Assembly: GCA_951406725.2 (NCBI GenBank)
Contig: OX597831.1
Coordinates: 65,720,001-65,784,000 of the forward strand
Direction of reading: 5' to 3'
DNA length: 64,000 nt
Source of the DNA: Octopus vulgaris
Lineage: Eukaryota
Part shown: one piece after another, positions 27,049 through 39,683 of the stretch
Position numbering within the stretch: the first letter of the stretch is position 1
Layout of the letters: every line of letters starts with the position of its first letter
Notes under the pieces: model-generated
What the model saw: the letters and a program-made list of their open reading frames with translations, nothing else
What the model was told of the DNA's origin: nothing
Database searches by the model: none
Made by a program: the position numbers and the translations under genes

Positions 27049-27058
<10 letters not shown>
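26343..27058 (-). mobile_element. PLE-like terminus (CCAAACTTACAGGG family) with inverted duplication and a nested cassette
   Basis: Arms ~26424-26520 and ~26972-27058; inner inverted pair ~26720-26757 / 26904-26941; AT runs at the junctions. Confidence 0.7.
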
Positions 27059-27092
<34 letters not shown>

Positions 27093-27580
27093 AAATAACA
27101 ATGGTAACTTGTGGTTTTATTGATGCATCACAGTAGGTAACAAATTTCCATATTCTATAAATAAGGATATTACTTAAGATTGTTCTTAATATTTATGAAT
27201 CTGAAATTTTTTCTCAACTCTGTTTCAATGTGGGTGCTTCTTCAGGTGTCACATATTTTGTAACCTAATGAACATGAGGGGTACAGAAACATATGTTGTG
27301 GTGCTTTAATAAAGCCTATGAATTTTCGTCTGCAATTTATCATTGTTATTATAGTTATCCTAAGCTGAAAGGAATTCCACATGTGTAACCATATCATCAA
27401 ATTACCCTTGGAGATAGAATTAACAGAAGGTAGCTGGTAAAGAGAAACATAGGTACTTTTTATGAATGCATTCTGAGGTTTTTGCCCAACTGAAACTAAA
27501 CAGATATATATATATCTGTTTAGTTTCAATATATATTTACGAAGTCTAGGCAGGTATCTTCAGTTAGCAGGCCTTGCTAC

Positions 27581-27626
27581 TCTAGACTGATGACGGGCAA
27601 GACCCAGAAACATGCATGTCTCTAGA
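27581..27626 (+). ncRNA. Type I hammerhead ribozyme, canonical core
   Basis: tctaga-CTGATGA-c-ggg(caaga)ccc-a-GAAA-catgcatg-TC-tctaga; palindromic stem III; predicted cut after C27620. Confidence 0.85.
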
Positions 27627-29529
27627 TGCAGGCTTAGCTGTTGGGGGTGCTTGTCTCCCCTTCGTAAATATATAAGGACACAGGAAATGTGTCAAGGCCA
27701 GCAGGAAGCATTGATGCTTCCTAGGGCTAAATAGCGGTGGTGTAATTCCCTTACGGGACTGTCACGTTAAGTTGACAGTATACAACCACTATCGCTCCAC
27801 CACCGCTCATGTCTCTTTGAAACATTTAGAAATTCAATATTTCTAATATATATATATATCACAAACAACAAAAAATAAATCAGCAGAGCATTAACATTTG
27901 CTATTACAAAGATGTAGGAAATGCTGGTTGTTATTTGAATGTAATAAAAATGCTTGCTAATATCTAAATTCTATTGTTTATATATGTTTCATGTAGAAAG
28001 TTTTAAGATAACATAATTGAAAACCACTGGAGTTACTTGTTTACTTGACAGTAAATAGAAAATATAACAGAAATGTTTAAGTGTTTTGTGAATGAAACCA
28101 CAGATTTATCAGAAGAAATGATGTGTGAATCTACAGCAATCATGATTTCCCCCAACACCACAAAACTATAACACTCACAACCACATAACTCTCACTGCGC
28201 CACAACATCCCAACACCACAAAATCCGCAACACAAACCACACCATTACATAAACCATACCACAATAGTAAGTAACCAGACTAAAACACCCACTGCAACAT
28301 CACAACACTACAACATCCACCACAACTACAACAATAATAGTAAAAATGTTAAAAATATGGTATGACATTGCTAACAGGATGTAAACCTATATGAAGGAGG
28401 GGAGATCCTCCTTGAAATAAACAAACAAAAATATTTACTTTCAGTCCATAAGTGAGACATGTGATTATATTTCCCACTGGCAAAACACATGTTGTTTACC
28501 ACTAGCCTTAAATCATCACATAGGATGGAGGGAAATTAATACTTATGTATAAACATAGTTCACCTTTAAAATGAAATAATAAGTTTACATGTGTTTTCTT
28601 ATAGTTTTGTTTATCTGAAATATATTCCATAACCCGTAGTTTCTTTTTTAGCCATTGAGATTGCTTAATTTCTACAATCCTGAGAATATAACAAAATGTC
28701 AGTTTTTCATCAAAACATTGGTAATAAAATAATTGACATAACTTTTTCTGAATATATTTACAAATGACTATAAAGTGGGCAAATACTCATCATATATATT
28801 GATTCAGGGATAATTGTCTTTAATATAGTTCAAATGTACTGCTTTAAAATATGACATTTATACTAATAGAGTTCTCTAAACAACTTTGCAAAGGATTCAT
28901 TGTTCTGTAGTTTGCTGTTCACTTTGGGAATTTAATACCATTTGTGAGAAACACTGTCTTATTGTATTAGTTGTTGTTGCTGTTAGCATTAGGTCAACTC
29001 ATATTCAGGTAGACCTATAATCAAAAATATTCCAGTTGTGAAAATCTAGTCTTTTTGGTGGTATGCTTTGAACTATATAATTCAATTTGACTTTTCCTTA
29101 AAATGACATGCAGCTTGAGTGAGTGGTTGCTATTTCTAACAGTTCAAGTAACCACATATAATTTCTATAAGCATATTGTATTGGTGACCACAAAGGAATT
29201 AGAGGCGTTGTACTTTGTAATGAAATATTCACTGGAAACATTAGAAAATATGAAATACTACAGCTCAATGACCCTAGTTCTAGACTTATAAAATGACTTA
29301 TTAAAATGTGTTGGATTTACACATATGAAGTAACTTTGCTTGGAGTGGGGTGGGCGAAAGAGGAGACTGTCTGCTTCAGGCAGTGCTTTTATTGAGACTG
29401 CATTTTGGGGTCAGCTGTATAAACCTATATAAGCTTGTATAAGCCACACTAGGATGGAAGGCTCAAGGGCTACCCTGGGCAGCACACTCACTAGCATGCC
29501 ATTGCACATGCTTCTGTACAGTAGTTAGT

Positions 29530-29760
29530 TACTCCACATTACTCTGTAAGGAGCACTGGGCCATCACCATTTCAGGCCATTGGATGGGATCTTGGGCTAC
29601 CTCATTGGTTTCAGACCAAGAGAGAGAGAGCAATTGCTTTCACTTCATCCTCTATGCATCCTTTCCACATCTTCTTAGGTCGTCCAACCTTCCGCTTTCC
29701 TTCTGGCTGCCAGTCTGACACTTGCCTTGCAATGCTTGTTTGGAGGTCTCCTTAGAGTAT
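29530..29760 (-). pseudogene. RTE LINE C-terminal fragment
   Basis: WQPEGKRKVGRPKKMWKGCIED. Confidence 0.6.
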
Positions 29761-30363
29761 TAATTAATCCATCCCTATTTCCTTTTTAGAATTTCTTTTA
29801 TTTCTGTAGAATTCTATCAGTTTATTTTGAGCAGTTTTATGTTACCTTCAGTACTTCGATTGAGGAACTATGCTTGAGTCTAGAGAAGAACCACAAAATA
29901 TCAAAACTGGTCTATTAATGTCAGCCAAATCAATTTGTTGAGAATATTTGGATGTATAACCCCAATATTATTATTCTACGGAAACAGAGAATATATTTCA
30001 TACATAAATTCATTATATTTATGTATCTATTTTCACATATTGGAAATTTCTATCAAGGTGAGTTTTAAAATGCCTCACACACAGGGGAAATTCTTCATAC
30101 TCATTTGTTATATCAGTTTCTAACATAAGTACAATGCCACACATTTTTGGGATAGGAAATAGTTGATTCTATTGACTTTGTCTTACTAGATTATACAAAT
30201 TTTATTCTATCCCTGCAAAATTTAAAGTATTAAAGGCCAAGCCAACTCTGGGATTTGAACTCAGAATATAAAGTGATATGACTAAATACCACAATCTACT
30301 GAGAAAAAAAATTGTAATATTAATGTTGATTTCCACTCTATTATGTTTGTCAAAGCTGTTTAA

Positions 30364-30583
30364 CCCTTTCGTTACCAACCCGGCTGAAACCGGCTCTGGC
30401 TCTCAGTACAAATGTCTTGTTTTCAAAAGTTCTGAATTAAAATCTTCCACCAAACCTTAGTCACAGTTTATGTTCCTAACACTAGCTTAATGATAACTAA
30501 GTTACTTTACTAAATCCTTTGTTATATTTAAAGTAATTGAAAGAAACACAGAGCATCTCAAAATAAGTACAGTAATGAAAGGG
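30364..30583. mobile_element. piggyBac-type MITE
   Basis: TTAA|CCCTTTCGTTAC...GTAATGAAAGGG|TTAA; decayed relative at ~60140-60345. Confidence 0.8.
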
Positions 30584-31258
30584 TTAATGACCAAAGTCAC
30601 TTCTAAAAATATGAAAGATGTGAAAAGCATCACTTCCTTGTATCTCACAAAGAATTGCCATGATTGATATTTCTGCTACTCCTATTGTATCAGCTAAAAA
30701 TATACCCAAAACTTATAAAAGCAGCAGTATTGAAAATACTGCTACTTTATAAGGTTTAGTAACCAAAGACATCAATAACATGTAAGATCATCAGTAAAAA
30801 CTACAAAATCTGAAATCTTGTAACTGGTAAGCTTTTGTAAAGCTGGTTGAATCAAAACAAAACTTCAATCAATGGGGATTATCAATATAAAAGATCTTGT
30901 CTTGTTTCAAACTATCCACAACCCTGACCACCTCATAAAGCCGGTAACATAAAAGAACATAACAGATGTTGATGAGTTGATGAAGGAGGTATCAGCATCT
31001 TTTGAAGCCACATTAAAAGTTCACCCAAGTGACAGAATTCCCTGCCAAATATTCTTTGAAATAGTACAAAATAGAAATCTTCAGCATCCTTCAAAATCCA
31101 TCAATGAAAGATATAACAGAACAATCATATCTGAGAGATCTTATGTTGAATTTAAATAGTTTTCATTTCCCTTCTGAGTTCTTATCTTTCATCACTCTTC
31201 TTTGGAGTACCCCTCCTCCTCCTAACCACCATTAACACCACCACTAACAACAACAACA

Positions 31259-31620
31259 GGAGGTGCAATGGCCCAATGGTTAGGGCAGCGGACTTGTGGT
31301 CGGAGGATCGCGGTTTCGATTCCCAGACTGGGTGTTGTGTGTGTTTATTGAGCGAAAGCACCTAAAACTCCATGAGGCTCTGGCAGGGGATGGTGGTGAT
31401 CCCTGTTGTACTCTTTCGCCCCAACTTTCTCTCACTCTCTCTTCCTGTTTCTTGTCCCCGACTTCCTACGCAACCGCTGAGCCTGGATGCACATTCATCC
31501 ATCTGTCGATGCTCTCGGTGTCGAGGATTGACCTGCTTTCTCTTCTGCGGGTCTTACGAATAGCAAAGGACCACGTTTCGAACTTCTCCCATCTTGCGAG
31601 CTCTGGGACGAAGACCGTTC
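31259..31620 (+). mobile_element. SINE family C variant in a (CAA)n site
   Basis: Family C head; RTE-like tail GGGACGAAGACCGTTCACT. Confidence 0.8.
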
Positions 31621-32271
31621 ACTCAACAGCAACAACAACAGCAACGACAACACCATTGATGCATCTCAAATAGATATTTTTCATCATAAAAATAAATTTC
31701 ATCATCATCATTTAACATCTGTTTTCCATGCTGGCAGGGGTTATATATATATAAGCAAAAGATTACATGTAAGAAGGTTGTCATGAAGATTACAGCTAAA
31801 ATCCCAGTGGAAGATGATCCTACCAAAACTTCCTACTGATACATTGCATTTATACTATTAATCTTATGATTTCTCCATTTGCCGTCACCTATAAATAAAT
31901 CTTTACCAAAGTCAGGTTTATTGGATTTTTATTGAAATTTGATAAATAAAATCAAACAAATTTAATTTCTCATGCGTCATGCCAATAACAATGCAAAGTT
32001 AGTTTTTATTTTTTCATGACTTACAGTTAAATCTCTAAAATTTGTTGGTAAATCTTAATCTTGTGAAAATTTGGTCTAAAAGTAGTGAATTTATGCCTGG
32101 TACTTCAGTCATCATATACATCAAGAAATTTCTTAGAATTTTAATGAGGTAGCATGAGTTTGATATAGTGATGTGAGACAGAATTTAAATCAATCATAGT
32201 AAGATCAGTTAGCACAGAATTCTATGTCGATCACCTACTTCATGGAAGTGTCTCTCATAGAAGCCTAAATA

Positions 32272-32436
32272 GTTCTGAGTTCAAATTCCGCCGAGGTCGA
32301 CTTTTGCCTTTCATCCTTTCGGGGTCGATAAATAAAGTACCAGTTACGCACTGAGGTTGATGTTATCGACTTAATCTCTTTGTCTGTCCTTATTTGTCCC
32401 CTCTATGTTTAGCCCCTTGTGGGTAATAAAGAAATA
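32272..32436 (+). mobile_element. SINE family B (5' truncated)
   Basis: Homology to other family B copies. Confidence 0.88.
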
Positions 32437-32443
32437 TATATAT

Positions 32444-32729
32444 TCCGATCGTGGCCATTGCCAGCCTCGCCTGGCCTCTGTGCCGGTGGCATGTAAAAAG
32501 CACCATCCGATCATGGCCGTTTGCCAGCCTCGTCTGGCACCTGTGCCGGTGGCACGTAAAAAGCACCCACTACACTCATGGAGTGGTTGGCGTTAGGAAG
32601 GGCATCCAGCCGTAGAAACATTGCCAGATCAGACTGGGCCTGGTGCAGCCTTCTGGCTTCCCAGACCCCAGTTGAACCATCCAACCCATGCCAGCATGGA
32701 AAGTGGACGCTAAACAAATAATGATGATG
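32444..32729 (+). mobile_element. RTE-related (GAT)n-tailed element
   Basis: Homology to 55215-55467. Confidence 0.88.
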
Positions 32730-33719
32730 TGGGTTTCTTGTAGTTTTGGTGGTGAAAATGTCTGCATTTCACTAACTATGGAAACTAATTCTTGCTGCTC
32801 AGAGAAGTAAGGTATATATGACCCTTTGGTGACTACAGTTTAGAGGATAGATCATTATCTTCATTAGATGTATGCCACAGAACAACAGTGATCAATAAGT
32901 CAAATATATACACGCACATACATATACATTTGTGTGTGTGTGTGTGAGTACATATATTTGCTATGTGAACGTATGTACGCCAAACCATACATGTGTGTAT
33001 GCTTACATCTTTGCGGATGTTTGAATGAGCAAGTGTGCATGCACCATACAACCTATGTGAAGGAGTTTATACATCCATATCCATTAATAATTATATTGAA
33101 TACTTTTTCCTCTGCATTGTGTGTTCGTTTCTTTTTTGCATCTGTTACTTTTTATTATTGGTCTTCTATACAAATGAAGCTATATTCTTTAGTTTGCTGC
33201 TTTTTTTTACATGAACTGAGAACATACCTAGCAGAACTCGTTATTTTAATGAGTTATATCTATTTATCACTCGAAGAGACACATCTACATCATCAGATGC
33301 CCCTGAACCAGTTGTTAAGTATCTCACCCATGAAAGTCCAATGCTATATAGGTCAAAACAGTTGTAGTGATTAATAGAATTTCTCGTATCTTCCATTTGT
33401 CTCTCTCATTAACCAAATATATATATACAAGCACACATATTGAAAAGGTTAAAAGGCTTGCCAGGAGTAAATTTGTACTAAAAACAAAAAGAAAATGCTT
33501 TAAGAACTTTATCATGAATAAAATAGAGAAAATATCCCCATTTATCAACATATGCTACTGGTTTCAATTGTTTGAAGTCGTTTTAGTCATGCTGTAAGGG
33601 AAGGGAAAATAAACTGAAATAAATTAATCTTTCATCATATCACTTTTAGAAGTTCAAATGTTTTTCTTACAAAATTCTTGTAGTGCCCATCTGCTTCTGA
33701 TGGTTGCTTGGTTGTAATT

Positions 33720-33945
33720 CTTTTATTTTTTTACTTGTTTGAGTCATTTGACTGTGGCCACGCTGGAGCACTGCCTTTTGTCGAAGAAATCGACCCCAGG
33801 ACTTATTCTTTGTAAGCCTAGTACTTATTCTATCAGTCTCTTTTGCTAAACCACTAAGTTTTGGGAATGTAAATACACCAACGTTGGTTGTCAAGTGATG
33901 GTGGGGGGAACAAACACAAACACACACACACACCCACACACACAT
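33720..33945 (-). mobile_element. SINE family A 3' half
   Basis: Homology to 3904-4310. Confidence 0.85.
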
Positions 33946-34433
33946 ATATATAATATGTGTTTCTTTGTTGTAGTTTAATTTTAAAGTCAGTGTTTAATCC
34001 TGTCTATATTTAGATTGAATGAATGTGGTTATGAAGCTTTCACTTTTATATTATACTATGGAAGACTGTAGGGAATATTTTTTTGTGTGACTTGAAGGTT
34101 TGGTTGCTGTTTAGTTACATATTTAGGAGTTGGTTATAGATTTACTTATTGAATTTATTTACCGATACTGTTGTACATAGAGTAAATGTGTTTGAAAGTT
34201 GTGGTTCCTTTGGTATGTTTGTTCCCAAACAACACTTATTTTAGTGCTGTTTACACCACCGGATTGAATGGTACAGCCCAGGTGTCGAAACCATAATGAT
34301 ATCCATGGGGCAGCTGATGATGGAGGCATGTTGGATTGTTGGTATGGCTGTTTTTGTATATGTGGAATAGAATTATAACACATCCTTTTGATATATATAT
34401 ATATATATCAAAAGAATGTGTTATAATACTATT

Positions 34434-34642
34434 GGTAAAAACGGTAAGATAACAAAAGAAAGAAAGAGACCTCTATATTATGTAAATAGAGGAATTTATC
34501 TGTAAAATAATATGTGACAATTATTCGGTAGTCAAGATAAAACTGGCCAGATAACCGAAGTGATGGTGGTGTGGATTTTCCCCTTGGCACCCCAAACTCA
34601 GAGTTTTATCTTAGCTATTAAATAATTGTCACATATTATTTT

Positions 34643-34645
<3 letters not shown>
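34434..34645. mobile_element. PLE-like cassette with inverted arms and a degenerate hammerhead (34550-34610, +)
   Basis: Arms 34501-34544 / 34602-34645; gataa-CCGAAGTGA..CAAA-ctcagag-TT-ttatc (core mutated). Confidence 0.6.
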
Positions 34646-34711
<66 letters not shown>

Positions 34712-35269
34712 ATTATTATTATCATCATCAGTTTTAGCATCCATTAAAAAAATGTGAGTGATATGAAACAGGTCTGGTCAAGGGGAATATTGCCATACAG
34801 CACTTACTGCATGCTTGGAGTGGTTGGCATTAGGAAGGGCATCCAGCCACAGACACCTTGCTAAAATCAGACTGGAACCTGGTACATCCCCTTGGCTTAC
34901 CAGTTTTCAATTAAACCATCCAACCCATGGAAAGCAGACATTGAATGATAATGATGCACACATATATATATATGATGGACTTTCCCATCAAAGACAACAT
35001 TTGAACATTCAGCTTTTTGCTGAACGACCTGTACAAATGATTTGTTTATACGAGATCAAATGCAGGTGCTGCACATAAGCTCACTCCCTTCATCAAATTG
35101 ACATTGTCTGAACAGGTGCAATTTGTGCCATGTGTCAGGTGTTGAAGTGATTGCAAACGAATGTGAGATGAAGTGTTTTTCTTAAGAACACAATGCACCA
35201 CTAGGTCTAGGAATTAAAATCATGATCACTAGACCATGCATGCAACATCCTGACCACTAAACCATACAT

Positions 35270-35320
<51 letters not shown>

Positions 35321-35324
<4 letters not shown>

Positions 35325-35650
35325 AAATATGAATTAGAGATAAAACCACTATTGGGTAACTCAAACAGTGATAGACATAAACCAATACATAAATAACAAA
35401 TAATATAAATATAATTAATATAATATATATATATAAAATATAAAATTTAAAATTTAAATTAATTTTTTTTTTTTAACCAAAAAGTATAAACAGAATGATA
35501 AATATAATGTAATATGTCTATCACTGTTTGAGTTGCCTAATAGTGGTTTTATCTCTAATTCATATTTTATATATTTATACTGTGAAATTTGATTTAATCC
35601 TAAATCTAATTTTTCCCTGTAAGTTTGGAGCCATACTCCCTAATATTATT
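35321..35650 (+). mobile_element. PLE-like terminus (CCAAACTTACAGGG family) with inverted duplication
   Basis: Arms 35321-35379 / 35513-35571; ends CCCTGTAAGTTTGG..TAATATTATT(AT)n. Confidence 0.7.
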
Positions 35651-37155
35651 ATTATATATATATATATATATACACACATTCAGGTGTGGTCGTGTAGTTA
35701 TGAAGCTTGTGTTCCAGCAGTGTCCATGCAGTGAAAATGTACCCAACACCAAATGGTTCTAAAGTGAATTCTTAATAATACAAGCATATAAATTTTGTTT
35801 GAGAAAATTTGTGGGAGTATGCATGTGTGTGGAGTTGTATGTATGTATGTATGTTGAGTTGTATGTATGTGTGTGGAATTGTATGTATGTGCATGTGTGA
35901 GTATGTATGTGTATGTATATATATATGTTGTGGTGAGTTTCTGTTATTTTTTAAACTAAAGTTATTTTCATCTTTCGAAAGTAGTGAAGTAAATAACACT
36001 CAATTGTCAGCATTGATTAAATCATCACAAATTAGTGACTGTTTCCATGCTACAAATCATTATCTTCATCGCCAGCATCATCATAACTCCAACACTATTA
36101 TCACCACTGTCACACATAACACCAGCCTCCTGCCCAACTGTTCACCTACCAAATCATCTTCATCACACAGTGAATCAGAAGTCTCAAACATCACAAACAT
36201 AGCTTAGAATTTCAACTGATTTGTAAGTAAATTATTAGTGTTGAAAGGACAAAGGAAAAATAAAATTAGCAATAGGTGAAAATATCATTTTCAAGTTATA
36301 CATGTACTGTTATTTCCAGGGTATATTTAGATTGTTATATCAGATGTTGAAAGTCAGAAACGTGATTTATATGCTTAGGGATTTTTATTAGTCCAATTAC
36401 ATTTCTTTAATAAAGTGGTATGTTGTAAATGTAAAAACTGGAATGTACAACAAACACCTAAATACTATGGGGTGGTTATAGTAGGGATGAGATGGAGAAC
36501 TATAATACTTTTCACAGGAAAACATGATAATCAAAGCATTTTTGGCATCTGTTGAACAGACTATTATAGTTGTGAAACAGTTTAGTTTGGTAAAAGTGAA
36601 GTTTTACAAAAAAATATGCTTAATGTTAATTTAAGAAACATTATTCGGGAACATACCACAGGAGCATTTATCTCCAGGATTAATTCTTTTAGTCAGAATA
36701 CACTAGAAATTTCTTTACTTTGCACCTGCATGTATGTGGTAGGTATGGAGAATCCGAAATGGTGTAGGTTTACAAGAATTTCAATGAATATTCTATTATT
36801 AGTCAATAATTAGAAAATCAGAGGCAGAAAGAGATTCAAAATGATGTTTGGCTGCTTTATGTTTGTTAGTTTTGTTCATTGTGGAGTAAAAAAAAATTTT
36901 TAAACTAAACTGTAACCAAAACTAGTCTAAAAAGGAATTCTGGCAAAAGATCTAAATATTTTAAATATGTCACTTCTTGCTACACTGCCAAGTAATTAGA
37001 CTTTAGTTTTCTGGATTTTGCTATTTAAAAAAGAATTCTATTTGTGTCTGCTGCAATCTTGTGGCAGTCAATTACTGTTGCAAAATCTTGAAAAACTGAG
37101 TTTTATGGAAGAAGTTATACTCACCTCCTAATCTCTTTTCTCTAATCTCTTTTCT

Positions 37156-37203
<48 letters not shown>

Positions 37204-37678
37204 TTTTCTTTCTTTTTTCTTTCTTACCTGCCTGCCTACCCACCCATTCATCTCTCTCTCTATATATATATGTATATATATATGTATATATATATGTATA
37301 TATATATGTATATATATATATGTATATATTCACATATAATTATCCATCTATCTATTCATTCTTCCAACTGTCTGCCTGTTTCCATAATATCTATCTTGAT
37401 ATATATGTTTCCATATATGTTCCCATACATATCTATCTTGTACAACATCACACTTTGTTCACAATGTCCATGACACACAGTGTATTGGACATCTAATCTA
37501 AACCTGGTGGAATTCATTCCACTTCTGAGCTAACCACAACTAATTTCTTGAAGGGACATATACATACACACACGTGCATGCACATACATACATACATACA
37601 CACATACACACATGCATACATGCATACATACATACATACATACATATACATACATACACATACATACATGCATATATG

Positions 37679-37712
<34 letters not shown>

Positions 37713-37925
37713 ATAAAATATTAGGGAATAAATCCAAACTTACAGGGAAAAATCAGATTTAGGATTGAATCCAATTTTATAGTAAAATATTATTTTATAT
37801 TAAATTAGAGATAAAACCACTATTAGGCAAATCATATAATGAAAAACTTAAGCCAATACATAAGATTAATTAATTCATATTATTTAAATATATATCAAAA
37901 TTATTAAAAAAGATAATTAAAATAA

Positions 37926-37989
37926 CACTACGATCATTTCATGGCTGTTCAATTCTTAAAATTTTCAAGTTACAGTCATTCTTCAGGTG
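37926..37989 (-). ncRNA. Hammerhead motif (mirror copy)
   Basis: Reverse complement of 38055-38118. Confidence 0.7.
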
Positions 37990-38054
37990 GTTTAAATATT
38001 TAACTTGGCGAGGTTTAATCAATGATTAAACCTTGCCAAGTTAAATATTTAAAC

Positions 38055-38118
38055 CACCTGAAGAATGACTGTAACTTGAAAATTTTAAGAATTGAACAGC
38101 CATGAAATGATCGTAGTG
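38055..38118 (+). ncRNA. Hammerhead motif
   Basis: cac-CTGAAGA-atgactgt..acagccat-GAAA-tgatcg-TA-gtg. Confidence 0.7.
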
Positions 38119-38301
38119 TTATTTTAATTATCTTTTTTAATAATTTTGATATATATTTAAATAATATGAATTAATTAATCTTATGTATTGGCTTAAGTTT
38201 TTCATTATATGATTTGCCTAATAGTGGTTTTATCTCTAATTTAATATAATATATATATATATATATAATTAATTAATAAGGGTGAGAGAATTATATATAT
38301 A

Positions 38302-39675
38302 TATAGGCCTATCTCTCTGACCTCACACATCAGCAAAGTCATGGAACGAATAGTCCATAAGAAACTAATCATGTTCCTTGAAGAAAATGACTTGCTGTCT
38401 GACACCCAGCATGGATTTCGACCAGGTAGAAGCTGCCTAACACAGCTCCTGCAACACTATGACTGGGTGTTGAAACAGCTACTAAATGGCTCAAATGTGG
38501 ATGTAATATATCTCGACTTTGCAAAAGCCTTTGATAAGGTCGACCATGGTATGATCTGTCACAAACTGCGTGGTCTCGGCATAGGCAGAAAACTTGGAGA
38601 GTGGCTGCACAACTTTCTAAAAGACAGAAAACAGGCAGTTGTGAGCAATGAAGCCACCTCCAAGGAAACACAAATAGCAAGCGGTGTCCTACAGAGCACT
38701 GTCTTGGGGCCACTGATGTTCATAGTGGCCCTTTCAGACATGCCTTCAGTTGCTATGATGACCACCCTTGCTAGCTATGCAGATGACACAAAAGTCTCCC
38801 ATGCAATACAAAACCCTGAAAATATTGGCACACAAAGGTAAACGACGTGCAGACTGGATACACTGGCCCAGGAAGAATTGCAATCCCTGAGTCAAAATCA
38901 GTGCGTGACCTGGGCATTGACATGAGCAATGATGCATCTTTCCAAGTGCATATTGCTAATCTGGTGATAAAATGCAGACGGCTAGCTGGATGGATTCTCC
39001 GAACTTTCAGAACAAGAGAGAAGGAGACACTGATGGTTCTATGGAAAACATTCGTCCTCAGCCGCTTGGACTACTGCTCCCAACTGTGGTCACCACACAA
39101 TATAAAACTAACAGCAGAACTCGAAGCAATTCAGAGAAGCTACACAAAGAAAATCGTCTCAATGCAAAATATCAGCTACTGGGAAAGACTGAATGTATTA
39201 AACCTCTTCTCCCTAGAGCGGAGGCGGGAGAGATATGCGGTGATATACATCTGGAAAATCCTGGAGGGTCTTGTCCCAAACTTTGGCATTCAAAGTTACC
39301 CCAACCACAGAATGGGGCGCCACTGCATGGTGCCAAAGATTCCAACATCACCATCAAAATACAGGTCCAGATACTGCAACAGCTTGGGTTTCAGAGGACC
39401 ACAGCTCTTTAACATCCTCCCTAAATGCCTGAGAGATTTACATGGTGTGGATGTGGGTTTCTTTAAAACTAAACTGGATCTCTTCTTGTCGGGAGTCCCA
39501 GATGAACCTACCTCACGACAGGAGACACAGATGTGGGCAGCAGCATCGAACTCCCTTGTTGATCAAGTGCCACGTATCAAAGGTGGATTTACAAATTAGT
39601 GTAGCTCATTCAGCGGTGGTGCCCCAGCATGGCCGCGGCCTTTGGGCTAAAACATTTTTAAGGATTTAAGGATTT
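38302..39675 (+). mobile_element. 5'-truncated CR1/L2-group LINE (RT plus C-terminus, internal deletion/frameshift ~38830)
   Basis: YRPISLTS, QHGFRPGRSC, YLDFAKAFDKVDH, YADDTK, RLDYCSQLWSP, SLERRRERY; 3' GTGCCCCAGCATGGCC and (TTTAAGGA) tail. Confidence 0.95.
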
Positions 39676-39683
39676 TATATGTA

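Larger units (their letters stand above)
37716..38249. mobile_element. PLE-like terminus forming a ~455-bp palindrome
   Basis: 37795-38021 is the reverse complement of 38023-38249 (1-nt loop; one mismatch seen). Confidence 0.88.

Noticed and set aside
28140-28340. C/A-rich stretch
   Set aside because: Low-complexity sequence with no defined unit or ORF.
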